DNA from: an uncultured Gammaproteobacteria bacterium | Lineage (GTDB): Bacteria; Patescibacteriota; Patescibacteriia; Patescibacteriales; GWE2-39-37 | DNA length: 64,000 nucleotides | Direction: 5' to 3' | Assembly (NCBI GenBank): GCA_964443495.1 | Contig: CAYUCS010000001.1 | Location: 75,542-139,541 of the forward strand | In this document: in pieces, positions 32,411-42,116 of the stretch | How the letters are laid out: every line of letters begins with the position of its first letter | How positions within the stretch are numbered: position 1 is the stretch's first letter | Translations under genes and position numbers: made by a program | Notes under the pieces: generated by a model | Databases searched by the model: none | What the model saw: only the letters and a program-made list of their open reading frames with translations | What the model was told of the DNA's origin: nothing

Positions 32411-35400
32411 ATGCTTAATCCTATCAAAACGACCGACTTCGATGCGATCAAGCTCAAGCTCGCTTCTCCGGACGCGATCACGACTTGGTCCCATGGCGAA
32501 GTGACTCGGCCGGAAACGATCAACTACAGGACGCAGAAACCGGAAAAGGACGGCCTTTTCTGCGAGCGCATCTTCGGTCCGTCCAAAGACTGGGAGTGCT
32601 ATTGCGGACGTTACAAGAAGATCCGCTACAAGGGCATCGTTTGCGACAAGTGCGGCGTCGAAGTCACCCGCTCGATTGTCCGCCGCGAACGCATGGGCCA
32701 CATCACCCTGCAGGCGCCGGTGACCCATATCTGGTTTCTGCGCGGCATCTCCTCGAAGATCGGCTTGATTTTCGACCTATCGATGCAGGCCTTGGAGAAG
32801 GTGGTCTATTTCGCCAGCTTCATCATCATGGATGTGAATGAAGAGCTGAAGGAAGCGACGATCGAGCAGATCAAACAGGAATTCAAATCGAAGAAGAAGT
32901 CCTTGGAATCGGAGTTCACCAACCAGGTCAACGAGATCAAGAACCGCAAGGCCAAGCTGCTTTCGCAGGGCAAGACCGAATTGGAAATCGACCAGGAAAT
33001 CAGCGAGGAGATCGATTCCTTGACCAAGATCCGCGACGAGAAGATCGAAGCCTTGAACCAGGCTTTTGAGCAGGCCCAGAAGGAATTGAAGGAATTGAAG
33101 CCTTTCGCCATCATTTCGGAGAGCACTTATCAGAATCTGAGCTTGAAATATGGCCATATCTTCGAGGCTGGTATCGGCGCCGAAGCGATCCGTCGCCTGC
33201 TGGCCGGCATCGACTTGGCCGAATCCATCGAAAAATTGGAGCAGGAAATGCTCGAGGCCAACGAGACCAAGAAATCCCGCCTGGTCCGCCGCTTGAAGCT
33301 TTTGAAGAGCTTGCAAGCCAACGACCTGCGGCCGGAATGGATGGTCATGACCGTTATCCCGGTCATCCCGCCGGATCTGCGTCCGATGGTTCCGCTCGAC
33401 GGAGGCCGTTTCGCCACTTCCGACCTGAACGACCTCTATCGCCGCGTCATCAACCGCAACAACCGCTTGAAGCAATTGATCGACTTGTCCGCTCCGGAAG
33501 TCATCTGCCGCAACGAGAAGCGCATGTTGCAGGAAGCGGTCGATGCCTTGATCGATAATTCGGCCCGCCACGGCAAGACCGTGGTCGCCTCGACCGGACA
33601 GAAACGCATGCTCAAGTCTTTGGCCGATTCGCTCAAGGGCAAACAGGGCCGCTTCCGCCAGAACTTGCTCGGCAAGCGTATCGACTACTCCGGCCGTTCC
33701 GTTATCGTGGTCAACCCTAATCTGCATCTCGACCAGTGCGGCCTGCCGAAGACCATGGCTATCGAATTGTTCAAGCCGTTCATCATCAGCCAATTGATCA
33801 AGAAGGAGATAGTGCATAACGTCCGCAGCGCTTCCCGCTATATCGAAGCCGGTCATGACGAAGTCTGGGATATTTTGGAAAATATCATTACAGATGCCTA
33901 TGTCTTCCTCAACCGCGCCCCGACCCTGCATCGCCTGGGTATCCAGGCCTTCAAGCCGATCTTGATCGAGGGCAAGGCCTTGCAGATCCATCCGTTGGTC
34001 TGTACCGCTTTCAACGCCGACTTCGACGGTGACCAGATGGCCGTCCACGTGCCGCTGACCAAGGAGGCGGTGGCCGAGGCTCGCGACTTGATGCTCGCAT
34101 CGCATAACCTTTTGAAGCCGGCTACCGGCGATCCGATCGTCGCACCGGCCCAGGATATCGTTTGGGGCGCTTTCTACATGACCGTCATCAAGGGCGAAGA
34201 AAAGGAAGACAAGTTCCTCAAGGCCTTCTCGTCGCCGCTTGAGGCCGAGTTGGCATACAGCTTGGGCGAGCTGAAGATGCACGACCTGATCCGTGTCCGC
34301 GTCAACGGCGAGATGACCCGCACCACTATCGGCCGCCTGCTTTTCAACGACGTCCTGCCGGAGAAATTGCAGTTTGTCAACGCGGTGGTCGGCAAGAGCA
34401 AGCTTAAGAACTTGATCAAGGACTGCTTGCGCCATTACGGCGAGGAGCGCACCGTGCGCTTCGTCGATGAATTGAAGCATGTCACGTTAAAATATATCAC
34501 CAAATCCGGCCTGTCCTGGGGCATGGGCGACTTGCCTGACTTTACCGAACGCGAGCAGATGATCAACGAGGCCAATGACAAGGTTGACCGTATCCAGGAG
34601 CAATACGAGGAAGGCTTGTTGACCGATAGCGAACGCTACGGCAAAGTCATCGAGACCTGGACCGACGTCAAGGAGAAGATTACCGATCTCTGTAAGACCG
34701 GCTTGCCGGTCGACGGCCCGGTTTATTCCATGATCGAATCCGGCGCTCGCGGTTCATGGGCGCAGCTGACCCAGATCATCGGTATGAAAGGTTTGGTGAC
34801 CTCTCCTTCCGGCGACATCATCGAGTTGCCGGTCCGTGGTAACTTCAACAAAGGCTTCGGAGTCTTGGAATACTTCATTTCCACCCATGGTGTGCGTAAA
34901 GGTTTGTCCGATACCGCTTTGCGTACCGCCAACGCCGGTTATCTGACCCGCCGTTTGGTCGATGTTTCCCAGGATGTCGTCATCATGTCCGATGATTGCG
35001 GCGATACTAAGGGCATCATCTATACCAAGAAAGAGAGCGAAGAGTCCGGACACGACCTCTTGAAGCGCATTGTCGGCCGCTTTTTGGCTGCTGATCTCAA
35101 GAATGCTGACGGCAAAGTCTTGCTGCCAGCCGACACCTTGGTGACGGAAGCCGAGGCCGACGAACTCAAGGGAGAATTGATCGAGGAGGCCAATATCCGA
35201 TCAGTTTTGAGCTGCAAGCTGCATAAGGGCATCTGTGCCAAATGCTATGGCTACGATTTGGCCTATAACCAGCCGGTCAAGATGGGCACGGCTGTCGGCA
35301 TCATTGCCGCCCAGTCCATCGGCGAGCCTGGTACCCAGCTGACCATGAGAACCTTCCACACCGGCGGTGTGGCTGGTCTTGAAGATATCACCCAAGGTTT

Positions 35401-36337
35401 GCCTCGAGTCGAAGAAATTTTCGAGTGCCGCAGTCCGAAGCGCAAGGCCTTCATTTCTGATGTCGATGGCATCGTAAAGATCGAGACTGCCCAGCGTGAA
35501 ATCCAGGATGAGCACGGCAAGACCGTCTTGGTCTCGAATCCGCAGGTCAAGATCCTGAAGATCTACCACCGCGGCCACGAGTCGGAGAAGTACCTCTTCG
35601 CTGACGCGGCTGAGAACAAGAAGGAAGCCAAGAAGGTCGTGGCCAAAGTTCTGGTCAAGGAAGGCCAGACCGTACATAAGGGTGACGAGCTCTTCGCCGT
35701 CGGCGATGTTGTCATGACCGCCAAGCAGAGCGGCACCGTCAAGATCGAGGATAAGGCTGTCAAGGTGACTAGCGAAGTAGATAAGGTCAAAGAGTATATC
35801 ATCCCGAAGGGCTATAATGTCTGGGTCAAGAACGACCAGGAAGTGAAGCGCGGCGACCAGCTGACCGAGGGCAACATCGATTTGCAGCAGCTCTACCAGC
35901 TGCGCAACCGCATCGAGACCCAGAAGTATATCATCCGCGAAATCCAATCCGTCTACTCTTCACAGGGCCAGCCGTTGAATGATAAGCACGTCGAAATCAT
36001 CGCCCGCCAGATGTTCTCCCGCGTATTCGTCCAGGATGCCGGCGAGACTGAATTGCTGCCAGGCGAAGTGGTCGAGAAATCGATCTTCGATCGCGCCAAC
36101 GAGGCGACCGAGACCGAGGGCAAGGCTGCGGCCAAGGGCGACGAGCTCCTCTTGGGCATGACCAAGACTTCGCTTTCGACCGATAGCTTCCTGTCAGCCG
36201 CTTCGTTCCAGGAGACTGCCAAGGTCTTGATCGAAGCCGCGGTTACCGGTAAGATCGATAATCTCGAGGGCTTGAAAGAGAATGTCATTATCGGCCGCTT
36301 GATTCCGGCAGGTACCGGTTATAAGCACAAGCAATAG
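32411..36337 (+). CDS. rpoC: DNA-directed RNA polymerase subunit beta'
   Basis: 1308 aa. Zn-finger CxxC...CxxC near the N-terminus, NADFDGDQMAVH catalytic motif, C-terminal GTGYKHKQ. Confidence 0.97.
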   Translation: MLNPIKTTDFDAIKLKLASPDAITTWSHGEVTRPETINYRTQKPEKDGLFCERIFGPSKDWECYCGRYKKIRYKGIVCDKCGVEVTRSIVRRERMGHITLQAPVTHIWFLRGISSKIGLIFDLSMQALEKVVYFASFIIMDVNEELKEATIEQIKQEFKSKKKSLESEFTNQVNEIKNRKAKLLSQGKTELEIDQEISEEIDSLTKIRDEKIEALNQAFEQAQKELKELKPFAIISESTYQNLSLKYGHIFEAGIGAEAIRRLLAGIDLAESIEKLEQEMLEANETKKSRLVRRLKLLKSLQANDLRPEWMVMTVIPVIPPDLRPMVPLDGGRFATSDLNDLYRRVINRNNRLKQLIDLSAPEVICRNEKRMLQEAVDALIDNSARHGKTVVASTGQKRMLKSLADSLKGKQGRFRQNLLGKRIDYSGRSVIVVNPNLHLDQCGLPKTMAIELFKPFIISQLIKKEIVHNVRSASRYIEAGHDEVWDILENIITDAYVFLNRAPTLHRLGIQAFKPILIEGKALQIHPLVCTAFNADFDGDQMAVHVPLTKEAVAEARDLMLASHNLLKPATGDPIVAPAQDIVWGAFYMTVIKGEEKEDKFLKAFSSPLEAELAYSLGELKMHDLIRVRVNGEMTRTTIGRLLFNDVLPEKLQFVNAVVGKSKLKNLIKDCLRHYGEERTVRFVDELKHVTLKYITKSGLSWGMGDLPDFTEREQMINEANDKVDRIQEQYEEGLLTDSERYGKVIETWTDVKEKITDLCKTGLPVDGPVYSMIESGARGSWAQLTQIIGMKGLVTSPSGDIIELPVRGNFNKGFGVLEYFISTHGVRKGLSDTALRTANAGYLTRRLVDVSQDVVIMSDDCGDTKGIIYTKKESEESGHDLLKRIVGRFLAADLKNADGKVLLPADTLVTEAEADELKGELIEEANIRSVLSCKLHKGICAKCYGYDLAYNQPVKMGTAVGIIAAQSIGEPGTQLTMRTFHTGGVAGLEDITQGLPRVEEIFECRSPKRKAFISDVDGIVKIETAQREIQDEHGKTVLVSNPQVKILKIYHRGHESEKYLFADAAENKKEAKKVVAKVLVKEGQTVHKGDELFAVGDVVMTAKQSGTVKIEDKAVKVTSEVDKVKEYIIPKGYNVWVKNDQEVKRGDQLTEGNIDLQQLYQLRNRIETQKYIIREIQSVYSSQGQPLNDKHVEIIARQMFSRVFVQDAGETELLPGEVVEKSIFDRANEATETEGKAAAKGDELLLGMTKTSLSTDSFLSAASFQETAKVLIEAAVTGKIDNLEGLKENVIIGRLIPAGTGYKHKQ

Positions 36338-36364
36338 TTTTTTGCTCCTTAAGATACTAAATCA

Positions 36365-36397
36365 AAAGGCCCCCGATTCTTCGGGGGCCTTTTGATT
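36365..36397. terminator. Bidirectional rho-independent terminator (rpoC on +, TA pair on -)
   Basis: aaaa-GGCCCCCGA-ttct-TCGGGGGCC-ttttg. Confidence 0.75.
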
Positions 36398-36615
36398 TAT
36401 TGAGTATCGAGTGTCGAAAGCAGTTTTTTTAGCTTCGGGCTGGCACCTGCCTTTTCGAAATCGCCGAGAAACTTCGAGGCGTTGAGCATCTCGATCAGGA
36501 CCGGTTTGCCCAGGGCGGAGAAGTGGATGATGAGATTGCCGAACTCTTTGGTCTGGGCGATAGGATCGGCAGCCAGCTCCCACCAGGCGATATTTGATTC
36601 AGTATCGTATTGCAT
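36397..36615 (-). CDS. DUF2283-like small protein (putative antitoxin partner)
   Basis: Start at the internal ATG (MQYDTESNIAWWEL...). GKPVLIEMLNASKFL matches the DUF2283 pattern recalled as ...GIEILDASK. Confidence 0.55.
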   Translation of the reverse strand: MQYDTESNIAWWELAADPIAQTKEFGNLIIHFSALGKPVLIEMLNASKFLGDFEKAGASPKLKKLLSTLDTQ

Positions 36616-36623
36616 GTTTTTGG

Positions 36624-36842
36624 TCAGGCTTTTACCGGGAAAAAGGTGAGGATGCGGACGACCTCTGCCTGCTTCTGGTAGATTACTCGCCAATCATCTT
36701 TGGTGGCGGAAAAATATTTGCCCTTCTTGGCCACTTTGTCGGGAGACAGGACGACATCCTGGATCTGTTCTTTGATGACATAGACCTTATGTTTTTGCAG
36801 GATATCGAATTTTTGGTTAGCGTAAGCGGTGAAGTAAATCAT
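36624..36842 (-). CDS. DUF4258-like small protein (putative RelE-fold toxin partner)
   Basis: 72 aa. C-terminal WRVIYQKQAEVVRILTFFP resembles the DUF4258 C-terminal pattern. 8-nt gap to the DUF2283 gene. Start overlaps the upstream gene's stop by 4 nt. Confidence 0.45.
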   Translation of the reverse strand: MIYFTAYANQKFDILQKHKVYVIKEQIQDVVLSPDKVAKKGKYFSATKDDWRVIYQKQAEVVRILTFFPVKA

Positions 36843-37816
36843 GAGCCGTATTGCCTTACCCGCAGGCCGTTGGAGCCGTATTTTTTATTTATTTGGTCGG
36901 CGGTGTATATGCCGATCGCTTTTCCCGGCGTCCTTGCCTTATCGCCATGCGAGTCTGCAAATTGGCCGTTGCCCAGAGCTATAAAGACGTGGCCATATGA
37001 TTTGCCGCTATCGCCAGCCCTCCAACCCACAAGCGTTCCTTCAGGAAGTGAAGCCAATGAGGCCGAATCATATGTTCTCGTTTGGGAATTTTTGAAAATA
37101 TTGGCTGTTCCGCCGTCAATGGTTATATTCTTGCTGCTTTTTAGCACGTAGGCTGCAAAGCCAGAGCAGTCGAAACAGACAGTGCCATTAGGCCCTTGTC
37201 CGCCTTTGCCAAAGCAGTCGCCTGGCTTGATGGTTGAGTTAAGGCCGTAAGTTACATTGCCAACGGCTGAAGCGACAATATCTTTAATGGAGCCGCTCTG
37301 TAGTAATTTTGCGGAAGAGGCAATGAAGGGTGAATTGACATCCATCGCATCCTCGGTGTCCCCAAGGTTATACTTTTCAATCATTGTGATTTGAAGGGTG
37401 CTGCCGTTGGTTAAGTCGGGGTTTATTTGGTTAAGTACGGTATATGACGCCAGCATGAGAACTAGCCCTGTAATACTACCTGTTATCCATGCTTTAGCCT
37501 CAGAAATACGCGTAGCGTTGCCTGCCGAAGTCAGCCACAGCAGTCCTCCAAACATCATGGTAACAGTGGCAATGATTCCAACGACTGCAACTGCGTAGTT
37601 ATAAAGACTGGCGATATATTCCCAAATCCAGTTATTGCACATCTTGTCGCCGCATTGCGCCGGTTCGCTCAGGCGTTTCATACCCGGTATTTTTACCTGC
37701 AAGCTGTCGGTAGGATTCTTGATTGTTGGCATGCCGGAATCGGAGGCTATTGAAGCTTGGTTGGGTAAAAAAGTGAGGGCGAAAGAAAAAAGAAATATTG
37801 TTAATATTTTTTTCAT
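36839..37816 (-). CDS. Secreted TrbC/VirB2-like pilin-type N-module fused to an NlpC/P60 (DCSG) peptidoglycan hydrolase domain
   Basis: Signal peptide, two hydrophobic helices around a MMFGGLLWLTSAGN turn, C-terminal GDCFG...CFDCSGFAAYVL...GHVFIALG (Cys/His). Confidence 0.55.
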   Translation of the reverse strand: MKKILTIFLFSFALTFLPNQASIASDSGMPTIKNPTDSLQVKIPGMKRLSEPAQCGDKMCNNWIWEYIASLYNYAVAVVGIIATVTMMFGGLLWLTSAGNATRISEAKAWITGSITGLVLMLASYTVLNQINPDLTNGSTLQITMIEKYNLGDTEDAMDVNSPFIASSAKLLQSGSIKDIVASAVGNVTYGLNSTIKPGDCFGKGGQGPNGTVCFDCSGFAAYVLKSSKNITIDGGTANIFKNSQTRTYDSASLASLPEGTLVGWRAGDSGKSYGHVFIALGNGQFADSHGDKARTPGKAIGIYTADQINKKYGSNGLRVRQYGS

Positions 37817-37825
37817 GGCGGTATT

Positions 37826-38698
37826 TTAAGGTCCGTACCCAAGAACACTACGACAGTTGGGTTCTGAAATAAATTCATATTTTTGCCATCCTGATCCGCA
37901 AATTTCGAGACAAGATCGGTTTACGGATACTCTGGCGTATCTAAAGTCACCAGTTGAACTTTTACAGCAGGTTAGTCCAGTCGAATTAGCCAAATATTCA
38001 TCCCTGGTAACGCCGCACTTCTCCGCGATACTAGTGTTTTCTTCGCATTTTAGGCTGGAGATATTCCACCTACATCTCACAACGTTGTCGCAAAGGGCTT
38101 TTGTATTATAAAATGAGCAGTTGGCCTTGGTGCTTGCGGTTGCCAGACAGTCGGTTCCAAGCCAAATGCATTTCGCATCAGCCTCACAGTCTGTTTTGTC
38201 AAGCTGTTCACAGCCGTTTATTACTGATGTATCAGTGTATGTGCTGGTCGGAGCTTTTTTTATTTGTGTAATTTCTCTGGTTTTAAGGTTGACCAAATCA
38301 GTGTTTATGGTTGCTAATAAGATGTATGCGCCGAAAGCCAGGAGCAGGCCGGTTATCGAAGATGTGACGAAAGATTTGGCGGTAGCGATCTTGTCCGGGC
38401 TGCCAGCGGCGGTCAGCCAGAGCAGACCGCCGATCATCATGAATACCGTAGCCAGGATGCCGGCAACGCCGGAAAGGTATTTGAAAAAGGTTTTGATATA
38501 CTCTGCAATCGGACGGGTGTTCGTGACATTGGTGAAGTCGATTTGAGCCGGTTGCCCCGGAACCTGTACTTGCGGCGTGAACTTGACCTCGGTCGCTAAC
38601 GCAGTGCCACCCACGCCGATAAAAAAGAATAAGCCTGCCAAGAACATCAAGCCGTTTACCATGATGATTATTTTTTTGCTCATAGCCGTCAAGTTCAT
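37826..38698 (-). CDS. Secreted TrbC/VirB2-like pilin-type N-module fused to a Cys-rich (about 20 Cys) C-terminal domain
   Basis: N-terminal half is a paralog of the adjacent gene (AEYIKTFFKYLSGVAGILATVFMMIGGLLWLTAAGSP). C-terminal 150 aa is rich in C...C pairs. Confidence 0.5.
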   Translation of the reverse strand: MNLTAMSKKIIIMVNGLMFLAGLFFFIGVGGTALATEVKFTPQVQVPGQPAQIDFTNVTNTRPIAEYIKTFFKYLSGVAGILATVFMMIGGLLWLTAAGSPDKIATAKSFVTSSITGLLLAFGAYILLATINTDLVNLKTREITQIKKAPTSTYTDTSVINGCEQLDKTDCEADAKCIWLGTDCLATASTKANCSFYNTKALCDNVVRCRWNISSLKCEENTSIAEKCGVTRDEYLANSTGLTCCKSSTGDFRYARVSVNRSCLEICGSGWQKYEFISEPNCRSVLGYGP

Positions 38699-39387
38699 TT
38701 TTTGATTAAGTCATCGATTATCCGCTGCCAGATATCAAGCGGCAGGTCGCCATCCACCTTGGTGCCGTTGATCAGCCAAGTCGGGGTGCCTTTGACGCCG
38801 ATCTTTTCGGCATACTCCAGGTTGGCCAGGATCTTGTATTGCTCGGCTTGGCTGGCCAGGCACTTGGTGAAGCCAAAGGTCTTGACGCCGACTTGTTCCG
38901 CTAATTTTACGATGTCAGAGGTGGTTGCGATTTTCCCTTGGTTCTGGAAAAGTTTGTCGTGCATCGCCCAGAATTTGCCTTGCTGTCCGGCGCACCTAGC
39001 AGCCAAAGACAGCTCTAAAGATTGTTCGCTGATGTTGGGATAGTCTCGGAAGACGACTTTGATGTCGTCCGGGTATTTGGCGCCGAGCGAGCGGATTTTG
39101 GAGAAGCTTGATTTTGAATTGGGGCAGGAGAAGTCGCTGAACTCCACGATGGTTATCTTGGGGGAGCTGGTGCCGAACCAGTAGTTGTCCTTGCCTTCAG
39201 TGTCAGCGTAGTTGCGGCCCGAGGCCACGGTTGAAAGCTGCTGGCTGGCGTAATTCTTGGCGGCGAAAAATGCGGCCGTAAAGATGGTTATGACCAGCGC
39301 AAGAAAAATCCACAATAAGATGGCCCACCAGCGCAACGGCCAGGGTTTTTTAATGATGGCTTGTGATTGGGTGTCAGGTAATGCCAT
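38695..39387 (-). CDS. DsbA-like thioredoxin-fold protein, membrane-anchored, with a CPNS (CxxS) motif
   Basis: N-terminal TM, ITIVEFSDFSCPNSK verified codon by codon, GTPTWLING near the C-terminus (DsbA-like cis-Pro region). Confidence 0.65.
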   Translation of the reverse strand: MALPDTQSQAIIKKPWPLRWWAILLWIFLALVITIFTAAFFAAKNYASQQLSTVASGRNYADTEGKDNYWFGTSSPKITIVEFSDFSCPNSKSSFSKIRSLGAKYPDDIKVVFRDYPNISEQSLELSLAARCAGQQGKFWAMHDKLFQNQGKIATTSDIVKLAEQVGVKTFGFTKCLASQAEQYKILANLEYAEKIGVKGTPTWLINGTKVDGDLPLDIWQRIIDDLIKK

Positions 39388-39641
39388 TTGGATAAAAAGT
39401 GTTTTTATTATACCATATTAATCATGAGCAAACAAAATCATGATGCGGCCGAAAACCGGCTCGCACGTCGCGCCGCTCGGCGCATGAAAAGGGGAAGGCC
39501 GAAAATGCGTGTCGCCGGATCTTCGGTCAAGGCGCTGCAAAAATTGATCATAAAGCGTTCGAAGTAATGGGTTTGACTATTTTCGTAATAGGGGTAAAAT
39601 AATCTAGTAATTATATTTGCTTAAATTAGCCTAAAAATAAT

Positions 39642-42080
39642 ATGGAAAAGTATAACTTTACTGAAAATGAAGCCAAATGGCAGAAATATTGGCTGGAAAA
39701 CGGACTCTTTGCTGCTTCAAGCGATGAAGCAAAGCCAAAAAAGTATATTCTGGACATGTTTCCATACCCTTCCGGCGCCGGCCTGCATATCGGCCATGTC
39801 GAGTCCTATACTGCTACTGATATCTATTCCCGTTATTGCCGCCTGAAGGGCTTTAATGTGTTGCACCCCCAAGGCTGGGACGCTTTCGGTTTGCCTGCAG
39901 AGAATTATGCCATCAAGACCGGCGTGCATCCGACCGAAACGACAAAGCAGTCGATTGCCACGTTCATAAAGCAGATCAATTCGCTGGGTTTTTCCTACGA
40001 TTGGTCCAGGGAGATAAATTCATCGGAGCCAGCGTATTACAAATGGACCCAGTGGCTATTTTTGCAATTCTACAAGAACGGCTTGGCCTATAAGAAAAAG
40101 GCTAAGGTCAACTGGTGCGACAGCTGCCAGACGGTTCTGGCTAATGAACAAGCAGAGGGCGGGGTTTGTGATCGTTGCGGCAGCATCGTGGTGCAGAAAG
40201 ATCTGGAGCAATGGTTCTTCAAGATTTCCGACTTTATCGAAGACCAGGAAGCTGGCGACAAAACGATCAAAGGCTTGATTTCCGGCTTGGACGACGTCGA
40301 TTGGCCGGAATCGACCAAGGCAGCGCAGAAGAACTGGATCGGCCGCTCCGAAGGTGCGGAAATAGATTTCAAAATCAAGGATAGTGAATTGAAGATCAAA
40401 GTGTTTACGACGCGCGTCGATACAATTTTCGGCTGCACCTATGTGGTTGTGGCGCCCGAGCATCCATCGGTCGGCCAATTGAATGATGTTATCGGTAACG
40501 GGCAGGAAGTGGCTGATTATCTGGAAGCGGCTCGTGCCAAGACTGACTTGGATCGCATGGAAGCCAAGGATAAGACTGGCGTCAGGCTTGAGGGGGTGAC
40601 CGCCATCAATCCTTTTAACAATGAGGAAGTGCCGGTGTTTGTGGCTGATTATGTCTTGGGAAATTATGGCACCGGTGCCGTCATGGCCGTGCCGGCGCAT
40701 GACGAGCGCGATTGGGAGTTTGCCAAAAAATACGGCTTAGAAATAATCGAAGTGATTGCTTCGGGAGAGGGCCGGACGGATTCCGAGGCGGCTTTTACCG
40801 ATGACGGGACGCTGACCAATTCAGGAGCTTACGACGGGCTGTCATCCGCTGAGGCTAGAAAAAAGCTGTCTGCCTGGTTGGCCGAAACTGGCAACGGCGG
40901 CATCAAGATCAATTACAAGCTGCGCGACTGGCTGATCAGCCGCCAGCGTTATTGGGGTGCCCCGATCCCGATCATATATTGCGATGCTTGCGGTGCCGTG
41001 CCGGTGCCTGAAAAGGATTTGCCGGTCGTCCTGCCGACGGATGTCGATTTCAAGCCGACTGGCGAATCGCCGCTGGTCGGTTCCAAGGCTTTCCATGACG
41101 TAGCTTGCCCGAATTGCGGCGCAAAGGCCAGGCGCGAATCAGACACCATGGATACCTTCGTCTGCTCATCTTGGTACTATTTGCGTTATGCTGACCCGAA
41201 GAATGATGGAGTTTTTGCCAGTGATAAAGCGATCAAGCGATGGATGCCAGTCGATGTCTATCTCGGCGGGGCCGAGCACACCGTGCTTCATTTGCTGTAT
41301 GCTCGTTTCTTTACCAAAGTCCTGCAAAAATTAGGCATTGTCGATTTTAACGAGCCGTTCTTGAAGCTCAGGCATCAGGGCATCATCCTGGGTGCCGACG
41401 GCAACAAGATGAGCAAGTCCAAGGGCAATGTCGTCAATCCTGATGAGGTGGTGGCCCAGGTCGGCGCGGATGCGCTGCGCATGTACGAGATGTTCATGGG
41501 GCCGCTTGAGGAAATGAAGCCTTGGAACACCCAGGGCATTGTCGGCATAACCAGATTCCTTGATAGGACGTGGCAGCTTCAAGAGAAGCTCGTCGATGAT
41601 GAATCGGTAACAATGAATGAATCGGATGTGTTAATGCATAAAACAATTAAGAAAGTAACCGAGGATATAGAGACTTTTAAATTCAATACGGCCATTGCCG
41701 CGCTAATGATCCTTTTGAATGAATTTGAAAAACGGCCAAGCATCACTAAAGGTCAGTATTCATCGTTCATCATCCTATTAAACCCTTTTGCGCCGCACCT
41801 GACTGAGGAGTTGTGGCAGCTTTTGGGCAATGAGAAAAGTATCATGTTCGAGTCTTGGCCTGAGTATGACTTGGAAAAGACCAAGGACAAGACGATAAAG
41901 CTGGTACTTCAGGTCAATGGCAAGGTCAGGGACATGATCGATGCCGAAGCTGGCCTTGATGAAGCGGCTGCCAGGGCCTTGGCTGAAAGCAACCAGGCGA
42001 TCATGAAGTGGCTCGAGGGCAAGGAAGTCAAAAAAGTCATCTACGTCCGGGACAAGCTAGTAAATATCGTAGTAGCATAA
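39642..42080 (+). CDS. leuS: Leucyl-tRNA synthetase (bacterial type)
   Basis: PYPSGAGLHIGHV HIGH motif, KMSKSKGN, 812 aa. Confidence 0.95.
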   Translation: MEKYNFTENEAKWQKYWLENGLFAASSDEAKPKKYILDMFPYPSGAGLHIGHVESYTATDIYSRYCRLKGFNVLHPQGWDAFGLPAENYAIKTGVHPTETTKQSIATFIKQINSLGFSYDWSREINSSEPAYYKWTQWLFLQFYKNGLAYKKKAKVNWCDSCQTVLANEQAEGGVCDRCGSIVVQKDLEQWFFKISDFIEDQEAGDKTIKGLISGLDDVDWPESTKAAQKNWIGRSEGAEIDFKIKDSELKIKVFTTRVDTIFGCTYVVVAPEHPSVGQLNDVIGNGQEVADYLEAARAKTDLDRMEAKDKTGVRLEGVTAINPFNNEEVPVFVADYVLGNYGTGAVMAVPAHDERDWEFAKKYGLEIIEVIASGEGRTDSEAAFTDDGTLTNSGAYDGLSSAEARKKLSAWLAETGNGGIKINYKLRDWLISRQRYWGAPIPIIYCDACGAVPVPEKDLPVVLPTDVDFKPTGESPLVGSKAFHDVACPNCGAKARRESDTMDTFVCSSWYYLRYADPKNDGVFASDKAIKRWMPVDVYLGGAEHTVLHLLYARFFTKVLQKLGIVDFNEPFLKLRHQGIILGADGNKMSKSKGNVVNPDEVVAQVGADALRMYEMFMGPLEEMKPWNTQGIVGITRFLDRTWQLQEKLVDDESVTMNESDVLMHKTIKKVTEDIETFKFNTAIAALMILLNEFEKRPSITKGQYSSFIILLNPFAPHLTEELWQLLGNEKSIMFESWPEYDLEKTKDKTIKLVLQVNGKVRDMIDAEAGLDEAAARALAESNQAIMKWLEGKEVKKVIYVRDKLVNIVVA

Positions 42081-42083
42081 AAT

Positions 42084-42112
42084 AAAAACATCCGCCTTGG
42101 CGGATGTTTTTT
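42084..42112. terminator. Bidirectional rho-independent terminator after leuS
   Basis: aaaaa-CATCCGCC-ttgg-GGCGGATG-tttttt. Confidence 0.75.
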
Positions 42113-42116
42113 AGGG

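Noticed and set aside
32777-34480. 567-aa minus-strand ORF inside rpoC
   Set aside because: Same reasoning: antisense open frame of a high-GC essential gene, with a Leu/Ala/Gln-rich nonsense-like translation.
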